DNA from: a candidate division WWE3 bacterium CSP1-7
GTDB taxonomy: Bacteria > Patescibacteriota > WWE3 > 9FT-COMBO-53-11
Reading direction: 5' to 3'
NCBI GenBank assembly: GCA_001443395.1
Contig: LDXK01000001.1
Coordinates: 1 to 64,000, forward strand
Length of the DNA stretch: 64,000 bases
This document shows positions 18,388 through 28,600 of the stretch, one piece after another. Every line of letters begins with the position of its first letter. Within the stretch, counting starts at the first letter, position 1. The translations under genes and the position numbers were made by a program. The notes beneath the pieces are model-generated. The model did not search any database. It saw only the letters and a list, made by a program, of their open reading frames with translations, and was not told the DNA's origin.

Positions 18388-19377
18388 TCAATTCTCTAGT
18401 ATCTCCACCAAAGCCTTCGCCAGTTTTTCCGGGTCATGCCGCAGAAGACTCCGCTTGAGCTTATCGCTGGGATCGGGCCGAAAGGTTCGGCCGGAGAGAA
18501 AATCTCCCGTCACCAGCTCGTACCGGTCTTCCGGTAGGTCGTTCTCGATCGGGAAAGATTTTTCCGAGGTCGCGTAATACTGAAGGATCTCAAGGGGAAG
18601 TTCCGCGGTGTTCACCAGAATGTGCGTCAGCGGAGACTGGAGGTGCTCCTCCAAAACAGAAGCGTGCCGGGAAGCGGTGAAACCGTGGGTCTGTCCGTAG
18701 CGGCTCATCAGATTGAGGATGAAAAATTTGGAAGACTTAGAGTCACGCACCGCTTCGGAAACTCCTCCCACCAAAAGGGTCGGCAGGAGACTAGTGTAGA
18801 GATCTCCGGGACCGATGATGATCGCGTCCGCTTCTTTGATGGCGGCGATTGCTTTAGGATTAGCCGGCACCTGCGGCAGAAGATAAACCCGCCGGATCGC
18901 CAGGCGGCCGTCGTGGCGCGGTTCGTCGATCCCGTGCTCCCCCACCACCGTTATTCCCTCGTCGTACTCCGCCACAAGATTGGTTTCCTCCATTGCCACC
19001 GGCAGGACCCGCCCTTTGATCTGGAGAATCCGGGCGGCTTCTTCGATCGCTTTCTCCTGTGATCCCAGAACATTGGAGAGCGCCACAAGAAAAAGATTCC
19101 CGAAGGTGGTTCCCTCCACCCCCACTCCTTCGGAGAAACGATAGTTAAAGAGATCCCGCAAAAAACCGCCGTCGCCGTCTTCCGGCGAGAGCGCCAACAA
19201 CGCCTTGCGGACGTCGGAAACGGGCAGCATGCCGAATTCGTCCCGCTCTTTGCGGGCGGATCCTCCGGAGTCCGCCATTGTCACGATGGCGGTGATGTCT
19301 AGGGGATATTTTTTAAGGCCGGACAAAACGGCAAAGGTTCCCGTCCCGCCGCCCAAAACCACGACCTTTTTGGCCAT
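18388..19377 (-). CDS. yvcK: YvcK/GlmR (UPF0052) family protein
   Basis: VVLGGGTG, TMADSGGS, IGPGDLYTS, RHDPEKLA. Confidence 0.9.
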   Translation of the reverse strand: MAKKVVVLGGGTGTFAVLSGLKKYPLDITAIVTMADSGGSARKERDEFGMLPVSDVRKALLALSPEDGDGGFLRDLFNYRFSEGVGVEGTTFGNLFLVALSNVLGSQEKAIEEAARILQIKGRVLPVAMEETNLVAEYDEGITVVGEHGIDEPRHDGRLAIRRVYLLPQVPANPKAIAAIKEADAIIIGPGDLYTSLLPTLLVGGVSEAVRDSKSSKFFILNLMSRYGQTHGFTASRHASVLEEHLQSPLTHILVNTAELPLEILQYYATSEKSFPIENDLPEDRYELVTGDFLSGRTFRPDPSDKLKRSLLRHDPEKLAKALVEILEN

Positions 19378-19517
19378 TACTTAGTTAAACGCTAAGGAGA
19401 AAAGAGTAGCACAGGACAATGCTTTTGAGGAACATCCCGCAGGGCAACGAGGGAGAAGCGACCTGTCCAACAGGCAGGGACGCTGTTTCCGAAAAAGCAT
19501 TGGCCGAAGCGAAATCT

Positions 19518-19772
19518 TCAAGAGAAGAGAGTCCAGAAAAAGAGGAGAATCACCAACGCTCCCACCAGAAGGTACTCCAGCACCAATTCCAGGGTGAGCC
19601 GGCGGCGAAGGTAATGGTAGATCAATCCCCAAGCATCATAGGCGACTACTGCGGCGATCACGACATAGAGCTGAAGAATCGGCGAATCCCCAACGCGCAA
19701 AAAAGCCCACAGGGAAGAGATAAAGATAATCGCCAAAGCCATGAAATGCGCCGCCCATCCCCAATTTTTCAT
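19518..19772 (-). CDS. Small membrane protein
   Basis: Hydrophobic helices; YDAWGLIYH...LEY. Confidence 0.7.
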   Translation of the reverse strand: MKNWGWAAHFMALAIIFISSLWAFLRVGDSPILQLYVVIAAVVAYDAWGLIYHYLRRRLTLELVLEYLLVGALVILLFFWTLFS

Positions 19773-19774
19773 TT

Positions 19775-20767
19775 TTAGATAATTCCTCCAGTTCTCGCCA
19801 ACCAAACCACCGCCATCAACAACCCCAAAATTACCATATGTGCCACGTTCTCCGCAGTTCTTTTGAGCTCTTGATGACTGAGACCATCCTTAAGCATATA
19901 AGCTTCGTCCACAGCAAAGAGACCCAAGAGCACAATACCAAATCCCAGCGGAATCGTCTTAGGTGAGGCGGTCGGGTTGAAAGTTCGGACGATCTGCTCC
20001 AGAGGAGTCAATTTCGCTTGCGATTCCCAAGACGCGGAGGGTTCACCACCAGCTTCGGTCGGCCCCACCACCGCCAACGGTTTCAGCGTCGGGGCTTTCG
20101 CCCCCGCCGTCCCGCCCGTGGGCTTACTGGTTGTTCCACCGGTTGGGGCGGAGGCGGTCGTCGCTCCCAGAGTTGAACCCAACATCTGCACCACCAGCGT
20201 GGTCTCCTCCCCAGACAGAGTACCGCTCACCGCCATCATCCCGATATCTTTGTAATTGGTGTTCACGATATTCGCCCGGTGCCCGGCCGAAGCCATCCAA
20301 GCCGACATCACCGAGGCCGAGGTATCAAAGTCCTTCGCCAGGTTCTCTCCGGCGTACTTGTAGGTGTACCCGGCCGCCAGGATGAATTGCCAGGGAGTGG
20401 TGGAACCGTCCGGAGCGTAGTGGGCCCAGTAGTTCTTCGCAAACATATCTTGAGCTTTCTTCAGAGCCGCCTGCTCCAGCTTCGAGTTTCGCTTCAGCGC
20501 CGGCAGACCAAGGCTCGCTCGCTCCTGGTTAACCAACTGGTAGAGCTCGGTGGTCGTGATATTTGTCGCAAAACCGAGAATTCTCGGAGAAACGCGATAA
20601 AGATTAATTTGGAAGAAAAGAAGGATGAGAACGTAGAAAAATAGGGCGGAATTCTTCAAAAACCGAGCCCGCGCCCGTGGTTCAGGGTAAGGCAGAATGA
20701 AACAGGCGTTTTTGACGCAAAACTTGACTAAATTGTGGCCAACCTTTCTAATCATCCTAAGTATCAT
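19775..20767 (-). CDS. CAP/SCP-domain membrane protein
   Basis: NQER, KAQDM..NYWAH, AGENLA, WMASAGHRANI. Confidence 0.9.
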   Translation of the reverse strand: MILRMIRKVGHNLVKFCVKNACFILPYPEPRARARFLKNSALFFYVLILLFFQINLYRVSPRILGFATNITTTELYQLVNQERASLGLPALKRNSKLEQAALKKAQDMFAKNYWAHYAPDGSTTPWQFILAAGYTYKYAGENLAKDFDTSASVMSAWMASAGHRANIVNTNYKDIGMMAVSGTLSGEETTLVVQMLGSTLGATTASAPTGGTTSKPTGGTAGAKAPTLKPLAVVGPTEAGGEPSASWESQAKLTPLEQIVRTFNPTASPKTIPLGFGIVLLGLFAVDEAYMLKDGLSHQELKRTAENVAHMVILGLLMAVVWLARTGGII

Positions 20768-20850
20768 TCTATCCTATAGGACGTTGGGAAGCAACATCCT
20801 GTCCCGCTGAGACGGGATAATCACTAGGAGAGCAAGGAGAAACCCCAAGG

Positions 20851-21231
20851 TTATTTTAACAATTTACGGTGCCGGTGGAGCAGGATCACCGCCCCCAAAA
20901 AAATTCCTAAAACATCGAACCCTAAATCCTCGATCTTTCCCGCTCTCGAAGGAGTCAACATCTGGTGAATTTCGTCGGTGACGGCGTAGAGAAAGGTGAA
21001 AACCGCCGCCGAAAAATAGAGAGTTCTCACCGTCGCAACCAGACTTCCCTGCAGAGCCCGCCAAATCAATCCAAAAAGAAGCGCGTATTCAATAATGTGG
21101 GCCGGCTTGCGGGTCAGAAAATCCACTGTCCCCTCCCCCACCGCCAGATTCGGAATTGAGGAGAGATAAAAGATCAGGCCCGCCCAAATCAGAACCGGCA
21201 GCCAGAGAAAAGCCAGCTTCTTTAATTGCAT
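20851..21231 (-). CDS. VanZ family protein
   Basis: RKPAHIIEY, YAVTDEIHQ...P.R. Confidence 0.88.
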   Translation of the reverse strand: MQLKKLAFLWLPVLIWAGLIFYLSSIPNLAVGEGTVDFLTRKPAHIIEYALLFGLIWRALQGSLVATVRTLYFSAAVFTFLYAVTDEIHQMLTPSRAGKIEDLGFDVLGIFLGAVILLHRHRKLLK

Positions 21232-21261
21232 TAGGATAAAAATAACAGATAAGATTGCTTG

Positions 21262-22203
21262 ATGCTGACCTACCTCCTGGTTTTGATCGCCGCCGCCCTC
21301 GTTCTGGCCCGCTCTTCTGTTTTTTTGATCGACAAACTCACTGCCATCGCCGTAAAACTAAGGGTTTCGGAGTACCTGGTCGGATTCGTAATTATGGCCG
21401 TCGCCACCTCGATCCCGGAGTTGATCGTCGGCATCCTCGCCGCGCTGGAAAACGACCCCAACCTATCCCTAGGGAACGTCATCGGCTCCAACATCGCCAA
21501 TATGTCTCTCATTCTGGGACTGGCGGCGCTGATCGCCGGCGGGATCCGGGTCCAGATCCAGGTCCGAAATCGGGAAATGATTTTTACCGACCTGATCGGG
21601 GTCGCTCCCCTGGTGATGCTTCTCGACCAGCGGCTTTCCCGAACGGAGGGTATCGTCCTGCTGGCGTTCTTCTTCCTCTATATGTACAACCTGATCTTCC
21701 AGAGCCGGGAGTACCACAAAGTTACCACCGACCACCGGACCGAGAGGCCGCTCTGGAGGGAACTGGCTCTGTTCGGGGCAGGGCTGGCGGTTCTCGTCGC
21801 CAGCGCCCAGGTGATGGTCTCGGCCAGCGAAAAGCTCGCCCTCCTCCTCGGCATACCGATGATCCTTTTCGGAATTTTTGCGGTCGCCTTGAGCACTTCG
21901 CTCCCGGAATTAACCACCTCCATCTCCGCGGCCATTCGCCGCCAGAGCGGGTTCGTGATGGGGAATATTTTGGGGAGCACCGTCGCCAACTCCACCCTGG
22001 TTCTGGGGATTACGGCGATCATCCAGCCGTTCACGGTGGAAAACCCGACCATCCTAACCGTCAGCGCAGTAATGCTGGTGCTGACCCTGCTGGTGCTGAC
22101 CTTTTTCGTCCGCACCGGCTACCGGATCACCCGGATCGAATCGCTCGTGCTGATCCTAGGCTACGTCGTCTACCTCGCCGCCACCGAGTTGTTCCTTCGG
22201 TAG
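21262..22203 (+). CDS. Ca2+/cation antiporter (YrbG-like)
   Basis: Duplicated alpha motifs TSIPE...GNVIGSN and TSLPE...GNILGS. Confidence 0.92.
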   Translation: MLTYLLVLIAAALVLARSSVFLIDKLTAIAVKLRVSEYLVGFVIMAVATSIPELIVGILAALENDPNLSLGNVIGSNIANMSLILGLAALIAGGIRVQIQVRNREMIFTDLIGVAPLVMLLDQRLSRTEGIVLLAFFFLYMYNLIFQSREYHKVTTDHRTERPLWRELALFGAGLAVLVASAQVMVSASEKLALLLGIPMILFGIFAVALSTSLPELTTSISAAIRRQSGFVMGNILGSTVANSTLVLGITAIIQPFTVENPTILTVSAVMLVLTLLVLTFFVRTGYRITRIESLVLILGYVVYLAATELFLR

Positions 22204-23423
22204 CGAAACCCCAAAACCAATCCCCCGCTCCCTACGATTAATCCGAAAATTCCAACGATAACATAGAAATTCAGCTGGAATTCTTCTTTTTGAGCGGATT
22301 CTTCTCCTAAAACCTCCCCTTGGACAAATGATTCTGGATTTTGCGTTAAAGCCGGGCTTTCTTGGTTCTCGGCTCCGTCTGCATTTCCGGTTTGCACGAC
22401 TTGAGAAGCGTGTGAACCCACCGGTGCGGCCGTAACCTTTAAAGCTATGGTTTCTAGTTCACCGGTCGACCAGAGAGGTTCGTAATCATCGCCGTTCTTT
22501 TCCGCCACGCTCACGGTAATCGCGTAATTCCCGGAAGAAGCGTCGTCGTCCACCTTGGCTCTGATAGATTTGCTGACCGAACCGGAGTGGACGATCGAGA
22601 CGCTCGGCATCTCCGCCCATTTCCCGTTTTGCGTCAACCAATCTGAGCTACCTTTAGTGTTGCCGTAAATAAAATTATCGCCCTTGCCAATCAGAACTTT
22701 GAGGGCGTAGGTTCCTGGTTCAAAATTGGAGAAGCTCACCGTGACGATGAACTCCTGACCCCCGACTACGCTTGACGGGGCGGAGAAAGTAACTGCTGAT
22801 TCCGGTCCCGGCTGGGGCGAGGGGCCTGGTTCCCCCGGGTCAAAAACATTTTCCGCCCCAGGGGTTGGATTGGCTTCTTCCCAACTGCCTCCGAATAAAG
22901 CCAAAGATTTACCCTCAACAGCTTCGTCACTGTATTCCACCATCGCCACTTGCGTGCCTGCTTCATCAAAAATAAAAATTTGATCCGCGAAACCGCTAGT
23001 CCCATTAGAATTGTTCAAACCGCTACCGATTTTGGTATTAAGATCAATAATCAGAAATTCCGAAACTCCGGGGTGGTTCTGAAGAAAGCAGGATTTATTT
23101 GAAACTAAAATGGCGTAACCGTTGGCTGAAACCTCACCTGAAAATGACCGCAATGTGGTAGTAGCGTCCTTAACCGACCAGTTAGTCATCGTTAGCGGAG
23201 TAGATGAATCGGTGTTCTTAATCTCCACCCACTCCCCATTCGAATCGTCGCAAGTGTCAATCTGGTCCGGATCGTACACAATCTCATTAATCACCACCGT
23301 AGAACCTGTCTGAGAAAAGATAGTTGAAGAACTAAACAGGATGAGCAACGAAATGAAGGCGAATAAAATCAACCTCTTATAGCATATTAATATACTATAA
23401 CAGCCATTTTTTATTTTCTCCAC
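22170..23423 (-). CDS. Lamin-tail-domain surface protein with C-terminal TM anchor (start uncertain)
   Basis: VVINEIVYDP...EWVEIKN...PTPGAEN; GEVLGE then C-terminal TM. Confidence 0.8.
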   Translation of the reverse strand: MEKIKNGCYSILICYKRLILFAFISLLILFSSSTIFSQTGSTVVINEIVYDPDQIDTCDDSNGEWVEIKNTDSSTPLTMTNWSVKDATTTLRSFSGEVSANGYAILVSNKSCFLQNHPGVSEFLIIDLNTKIGSGLNNSNGTSGFADQIFIFDEAGTQVAMVEYSDEAVEGKSLALFGGSWEEANPTPGAENVFDPGEPGPSPQPGPESAVTFSAPSSVVGGQEFIVTVSFSNFEPGTYALKVLIGKGDNFIYGNTKGSSDWLTQNGKWAEMPSVSIVHSGSVSKSIRAKVDDDASSGNYAITVSVAEKNGDDYEPLWSTGELETIALKVTAAPVGSHASQVVQTGNADGAENQESPALTQNPESFVQGEVLGEESAQKEEFQLNFYVIVGIFGLIVGSGGLVLGFRYRRNNSVAAR

Positions 23424-26400
23424 GTTAGTCTTAAAAGCCGAATACCTATGTAAGCTAAGGAGCAAATTCCAATCACGAGATAGGCTGGAAGCGCCATCGG
23501 TCTGGCAGATCTTCCTTGGCCTCCACCGTCTTCGGCTGCAATTTCCACACCTTGCACGGCCCCATCTTCTGACACTGATAGCAGTTCTGCTAATGTCGTT
23601 GGTTTAAATTGATCGGCCGCAGCACCCAAAACTTGGGGAAACGCAACCGGCTTTGGTTCAAAAACAAAATCCCAAGAAATTTCAGCGCTTTGATTTCCAG
23701 CATAGTCAACCGCGAAGACAGAAAGGGTGGAACTTTCCTTAATTTTCAGAGGTTCGGTATAGAGAGTTGGCTCGCCACCATCAAGAGAGTAGTGAATTTG
23801 AGATCCTTCCTCTCCGGAAAGAGTCACAATTGCTTGATCACCTGTAAAGAAACCTCCTCCCGCAACTGAGGCGACCGGGACAATCGGGACAATGGTATCA
23901 ACTTCAAGTGACAGGAGATGCTGCTCCTCTTCGTTTCCGGCTTTGTCGACACTCCAAAATTCCACGGCGTAGGTACCGTCAACGAATTCGAGTGGTTCAA
24001 CGTATTCTTGCGGATCGGTCTCCCCGATCGTGTAAAACGTCTGTGAGACTCCCGCGGTGGCGTCGGCAGCCGATAGCACCAAACCCACCGGTGAAACATG
24101 CCATCCATTTAATCCGTTTGTTCCTGAGATTAACGATGAAGTTAACGGGTTAACTGTGTCATAAACGAAAGAAACTTTGTTATAGTATATTAATATACTA
24201 TAACGATTGCCTGCACGGTCGGCACCACGGGAATAAGTGGTGTAGAAACCATCTTCCGGGTAGAAATCCACTAGTGCCCACTCATCTGTTCCTTCTACCC
24301 CGATCCATTCTCCCTCCCCACCACCAACACTCACCATGACTTCCACCTGCGCAACCCCAGAGGTTTCGATTGATGGATTAGCCAGATTAATATCGTTGAC
24401 CGTTCCAAAAATCCCTGGCCAAATGTTGTAATACCCACCTTCCCGAACTGAAGTAATCTCTGAATTCGGCGTATTAATATCGTAAATGATCGCGGCTTGC
24501 GCCCCATTAATATCTCCGACATTGGAAATATTACACTCCTCATTTCCCGCCAGATCCACGGCACAAGAAGAAAATCTCCAACTCCCCTCGTCCAAGGTTC
24601 CTACGACGAAAGGCCGATCCGGTTCCCGCGAAGATCCACTGTGATATTGCCAGTCCCCGCCCTGATGGCTTTTGTAAAGCCGGACCCGATCAACGCCGGA
24701 GAGGTTGTCATCATACTCATAGCTAAGCTCGATCGGAATCTCATTGTAGTACGAATCAATTGGATACAACGCTGATTCCGGCTTGGTTTTGTCGATATTG
24801 ATTTCTTCAACCGTTGTTTCGGCGATATTTCCAGCGTTATCTTCGGCAACTCCGACCACGCTCTGATTTGCCCCCTCGGTTGAAATAATCACATCCGGCA
24901 TCACGGATTTTACACCCGAAAGGTGTTCTTGATCAGCGGCCTCAAAGTTGACGGTTACATCCTCGTTGTACCAACCGTTTTCGTTGGGCTCGTCCGTTGA
25001 CGCTCCTGAAATTTCGGGAGGGGTTTTGTCGATCTTGATTGGGTTAGCTTGTTTTAATTCTTCAGTGTTTTCGACGTTATCAGTGGCGTAATAGGTAAGT
25101 TCGTGAGTTCCTTCGTCGGTAAAAATAACCTGCGCCTGATCGCCTAAAACATCTCCTTCTTGCGTTCCTCCGTAATTAATATTCTGCACGCCCGATCCCG
25201 GAGCTTCGCCGGTCGCGACCGGATCCTGAGAGGTGATTGTAACCGTCACATCCTCGTTGTGCCATACGCCATCCGAATCATCAGAAGACACTGGCGTGGT
25301 GGAATCAAGATAAAATTCCTGGGATTTCACTTCTTCTACGTTTCCGGAATTATCGACGGACTGATACAAAACGGTGTTTCGTCCCTCGTCGCCTTCCAAA
25401 CTAAACGGTCCTGTGTAGGTTTGCACGCCACTATCTTGATTTACACCGTAGTACACATATTCGGTTTCGGCAACTCCCGAGGTTTCATCTGTAGCAAAAA
25501 GTTCGAACAGAGTTTGATCCGAGACATAAGCTTTCCCCTCCTCATTCTCATAGTACGGTCCAAAACTGGAAAGAGAGGTTTGCGGAGCATAGGTATCTAC
25601 CTTAAATATTTGCGTCTTTGTTGCTTCAACGTGGCCCGCTCGGTCGACAGCACGATATTGCAAGATGGTTTCCCCCTCCAGATTAACCAAAAATGGGTCG
25701 GTGAAAGTCTGCCATCCAGAACCGAGATTGTATTCAATCCTATCCACCCCCGAGGCGTCGTCGGTTGCGATTAACTCCACAAGCGGGGGACTCAAATACC
25801 ATCCCTCCCCACCATCGGGGAAGTCCGGCACAATCTCAATCTCGGTTACTGGTGCCTCGTCATCAAAAGCAATGTTCTTTACCGTCCCACCGCGATCCCC
25901 TACCCAGCTATCATGAAGATAATGCGATAGTCTTAAGCGACTGATGGAAACAGGGTCTGTCCCCCACTCCGCTCGATAATCAACAAAGATATTACGAGCA
26001 AAAATTTTCCATATGTTGTACCCTCCAACTAAACTACCCATATCGACATAGCCTTGGGTTCCCCAAACATTCGGAGCATTAGCGGAGTAAGTCAGAGAAT
26101 GGGTTTCGCCGCGCTTGTCTAAGATTGTCAAAATAAAATGAAGGGAATGGGCTTTATCGTACTGGTCCCAAACCAAAACCGTCTGTGGGGTGACGGGAAT
26201 GCCGTTAATCTCCTTAGCTACTACTGCCCCACTCACCCATCCCCCGGTTCCTCCCAAACCATCTAAAATCAACTGCACTCCTCCACCCTCCGCATCTTGG
26301 AAGCTGGCATTTAAAGTTGTGTCTTCCCCTTCAGTCACCCAGTACCAATCACCATAAACTACCGGCACTGCTGATCCGGCTGAATTCACAAAAATAAATC

Positions 26401-27361
26401 CATTTTTAAAGTTGGATTGCTGACTGTCATAAGAGTTTTTGAACTGATCAGAAACTGGAGCGCCTAAACTTGAATGTACCTTGTAATAGTTCCAAATTGT
26501 ACTTTGAACGACGTAGGCAGAAGTGTCATCTACACCTTCATGTTGGATAATAACCGCTCCAGAGAAATCTTGCCTTACAACCCAGTTGCTTCCCGCCTTC
26601 CACCAGTAAGTCGGGGCGCTCGGACAACCCAATTTGTTTCGACCGCCATTGCGGCTGTAAGCTTGTTCGAAGAGTGATTTTCGAGATGAGTCCTGACCGA
26701 TTGAGTAGGTACAGGGGGTCGGGCCGGCTTGAGTCGCCGGTGTAGGCGGGTTCGTTGCCCAGAACCAAGTGGGACCGTATGGATTAAGAACCATCCACTT
26801 CTTTCCATCCCACTTTTTGAACTCGAAGTGAAGGTGATAGAAAGCCCCGTATGGGAGATCAGGTCGAATTGCACAATTAGAACCAGCGGTCCGCCCGGAA
26901 TTACTCACGTACGCTATCAAATCACCGGTTTTAATCTTTTTACCAACACTTGTAACAACGCCATTTTGTTTAAGATGCCAATATTCAGTTCGATATTTTA
27001 CTGATCCAACTTGGTGATCAATCTTTACATAATTTCCGTATCTGAGCTGTTGCGCATAAGTTATGTCACAACCATCATTCTCGGTTTCGCGCATCGCCAC
27101 AACCGTCCCGTCGTAAGCAGCATAAACAGAGGTGCCATACCCATCGCCGCGATAATCGGTACCTGTGTGAGGATTTCCATCCCTACTCTTATAAGTGGGC
27201 CAATCCCTGCTCAAACTGTAAGAGTCGTAAACGTAATTTGTTGGTGAATATGCTTTATCAAAAGGGAGGTAAAGAAAACCCGCAAATGCGGCGGAATGGA
27301 ATAACTGCAGGATAACCAATGATATAGAAACTGCGTCAATAAACTTTTTCTTTGTTTTCAT
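23411..27361 (-). CDS. Large surface protein: M23 peptidase, LGFP-like region, repeated beta-sandwich modules, C-terminal TM
   Basis: HTGTD, YWHL, HLHFE (M23); repeated SGV...DxAGNxE...DxxxP modules; QVLGA; signal peptide. Confidence 0.88.
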   Translation of the reverse strand: MKTKKKFIDAVSISLVILQLFHSAAFAGFLYLPFDKAYSPTNYVYDSYSLSRDWPTYKSRDGNPHTGTDYRGDGYGTSVYAAYDGTVVAMRETENDGCDITYAQQLRYGNYVKIDHQVGSVKYRTEYWHLKQNGVVTSVGKKIKTGDLIAYVSNSGRTAGSNCAIRPDLPYGAFYHLHFEFKKWDGKKWMVLNPYGPTWFWATNPPTPATQAGPTPCTYSIGQDSSRKSLFEQAYSRNGGRNKLGCPSAPTYWWKAGSNWVVRQDFSGAVIIQHEGVDDTSAYVVQSTIWNYYKVHSSLGAPVSDQFKNSYDSQQSNFKNGFIFVNSAGSAVPVVYGDWYWVTEGEDTTLNASFQDAEGGGVQLILDGLGGTGGWVSGAVVAKEINGIPVTPQTVLVWDQYDKAHSLHFILTILDKRGETHSLTYSANAPNVWGTQGYVDMGSLVGGYNIWKIFARNIFVDYRAEWGTDPVSISRLRLSHYLHDSWVGDRGGTVKNIAFDDEAPVTEIEIVPDFPDGGEGWYLSPPLVELIATDDASGVDRIEYNLGSGWQTFTDPFLVNLEGETILQYRAVDRAGHVEATKTQIFKVDTYAPQTSLSSFGPYYENEEGKAYVSDQTLFELFATDETSGVAETEYVYYGVNQDSGVQTYTGPFSLEGDEGRNTVLYQSVDNSGNVEEVKSQEFYLDSTTPVSSDDSDGVWHNEDVTVTITSQDPVATGEAPGSGVQNINYGGTQEGDVLGDQAQVIFTDEGTHELTYYATDNVENTEELKQANPIKIDKTPPEISGASTDEPNENGWYNEDVTVNFEAADQEHLSGVKSVMPDVIISTEGANQSVVGVAEDNAGNIAETTVEEINIDKTKPESALYPIDSYYNEIPIELSYEYDDNLSGVDRVRLYKSHQGGDWQYHSGSSREPDRPFVVGTLDEGSWRFSSCAVDLAGNEECNISNVGDINGAQAAIIYDINTPNSEITSVREGGYYNIWPGIFGTVNDINLANPSIETSGVAQVEVMVSVGGGEGEWIGVEGTDEWALVDFYPEDGFYTTYSRGADRAGNRYSILIYYNKVSFVYDTVNPLTSSLISGTNGLNGWHVSPVGLVLSAADATAGVSQTFYTIGETDPQEYVEPLEFVDGTYAVEFWSVDKAGNEEEQHLLSLEVDTIVPIVPVASVAGGGFFTGDQAIVTLSGEEGSQIHYSLDGGEPTLYTEPLKIKESSTLSVFAVDYAGNQSAEISWDFVFEPKPVAFPQVLGAAADQFKPTTLAELLSVSEDGAVQGVEIAAEDGGGQGRSARPMALPAYLVIGICSLAYIGIRLLRLTWRK
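24179..24204. repeat. Perfect 26-bp AT-rich palindrome inside a CDS; near-identical copy at 23377-23401
   Basis: GTTATAGTATATTAATATACTATAAC equals its reverse complement. Confidence 0.85.
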
Positions 27362-27394
27362 CCCACGTAAAGGCAGGAGTACCCTTGGCAGGGG

Positions 27395-28018
27395 TTAAAG
27401 AGACTTGAACGTGGACAGGATTAACGACAGAGTATCTAGCCCGTCTGGCTTCGATGTGTTATCAAACGAATAAGTAAAAGTGAGGCCTGGAATCTGCAGG
27501 TAAAAACTTCCGTCAGCGATAATTTCTTTTCCTGTGTCGACTATTGTCACAGCAACTTCGAAATCGTCTGACGTGCGGTAGATTTTTCTTTCTCCATCAT
27601 CCGATTTTTCCAAACCGGACTCGCCACCAAACGCGACATCCTTGTAAAAATTCATATACGATTTACCGTCACCAGACTCAAGCAGAACCACCTCAATGTC
27701 AGCTTCAGCCTGCTTCTTACCCAAGTAAGTCGGGTACTTAAACGAAAAGCCGAGTTCGGTGTTGGTGTAAGTCTTCCAATCCTTAGTCGGATCTTCGGCA
27801 GTGATTTCGGAATCCTCTTCGCCGGGCTCCTGTGTATCATAATTCGTCGGCGCACCATTGGTATCGGTTTCCGTTTTGCCGAAGAAATCTTTAACAATCT
27901 GCGGGAGATAGTAATCGAGATAAGAAGTTTTCCAAGAGACAAGAGTGGTGCCGGATAAAACGGCTATAAAGGCGAGGGCAATGATGGCGACGACCGGAAC
28001 AAATCCGCGCCGAACCAT
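27395..28018 (-). CDS. Membrane-anchored hypothetical protein (RGF leader; WKTYTN..GFSFKYP motif)
   Basis: N-terminal TM, acidic linker, ends ILSTFK. Confidence 0.8.
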   Translation of the reverse strand: MVRRGFVPVVAIIALAFIAVLSGTTLVSWKTSYLDYYLPQIVKDFFGKTETDTNGAPTNYDTQEPGEEDSEITAEDPTKDWKTYTNTELGFSFKYPTYLGKKQAEADIEVVLLESGDGKSYMNFYKDVAFGGESGLEKSDDGERKIYRTSDDFEVAVTIVDTGKEIIADGSFYLQIPGLTFTYSFDNTSKPDGLDTLSLILSTFKSL

Positions 28019-28176
28019 AATTGCCCCATACTTTAAAGGCAGGCTTCTCATTTGTCAATACCCTAGTTTAAAAATACAAAAAATAGAAGTGGGTTCGATT
28101 AACATAGTATACTATTATAGACGACAGGTCTGTGACCACTGAAAGAGATTAAACGCAATTTAATTCAGAATATGAG

Positions 28177-28590
28177 TTAATGGGACTTCGGGAACACTCG
28201 GCGGGAGCCCTGCTTGCGGAAGATTCCCAGATCCTTAAGCGCCTCGAGAAAATCTTTTCCAACCGATTTCAAGGAAAAACGATTCCCCATCCTGTTCAGA
28301 ACATCCAGGGTCCGGGGTTTAACCAGGCGCAGGATCAAGCGAATCTTGCCGATGGTGACCGGAGTAATCTTGAGCGCTTCGGAGATTTTGCCGTAGCTGA
28401 ACCCTTCTTTGAGAAGGTAAACCACCGCCAATCTTTTAGCGAGCATCAGCCGCTCTTCATCGGTCAGGAAGTCTTCGAGGAAATCTTTCGCTACCGGCTC
28501 CGACTTTAACTGGGAGAAAGTCCAATCCAGGTTGGCGGTGATTTCTTTTTCGATTTCCTTTTTGAGCGGGCGCGGCGAAACTCTTGGCAT
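28177..28590 (-). CDS. TrpR-like (YerC/YecD) repressor
   Basis: FLTDEERLMLAKRLAVVYLL...SY..IS..L.ITPVTI. Confidence 0.85.
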   Translation of the reverse strand: MPRVSPRPLKKEIEKEITANLDWTFSQLKSEPVAKDFLEDFLTDEERLMLAKRLAVVYLLKEGFSYGKISEALKITPVTIGKIRLILRLVKPRTLDVLNRMGNRFSLKSVGKDFLEALKDLGIFRKQGSRRVFPKSH

Positions 28591-28600
28591 ACTAACAGGA

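Noticed and set aside
19414-19505. glmS ribozyme or SRP RNA
   Set aside because: Core motifs (AGCGCC...GACGAG; CAGG-GNRA-AGCA) are absent.
24179-24204. Protelomerase/hairpin-telomere site
   Set aside because: No resolvase gene in the window, and the flanks are ordinary continuous coding sequence.
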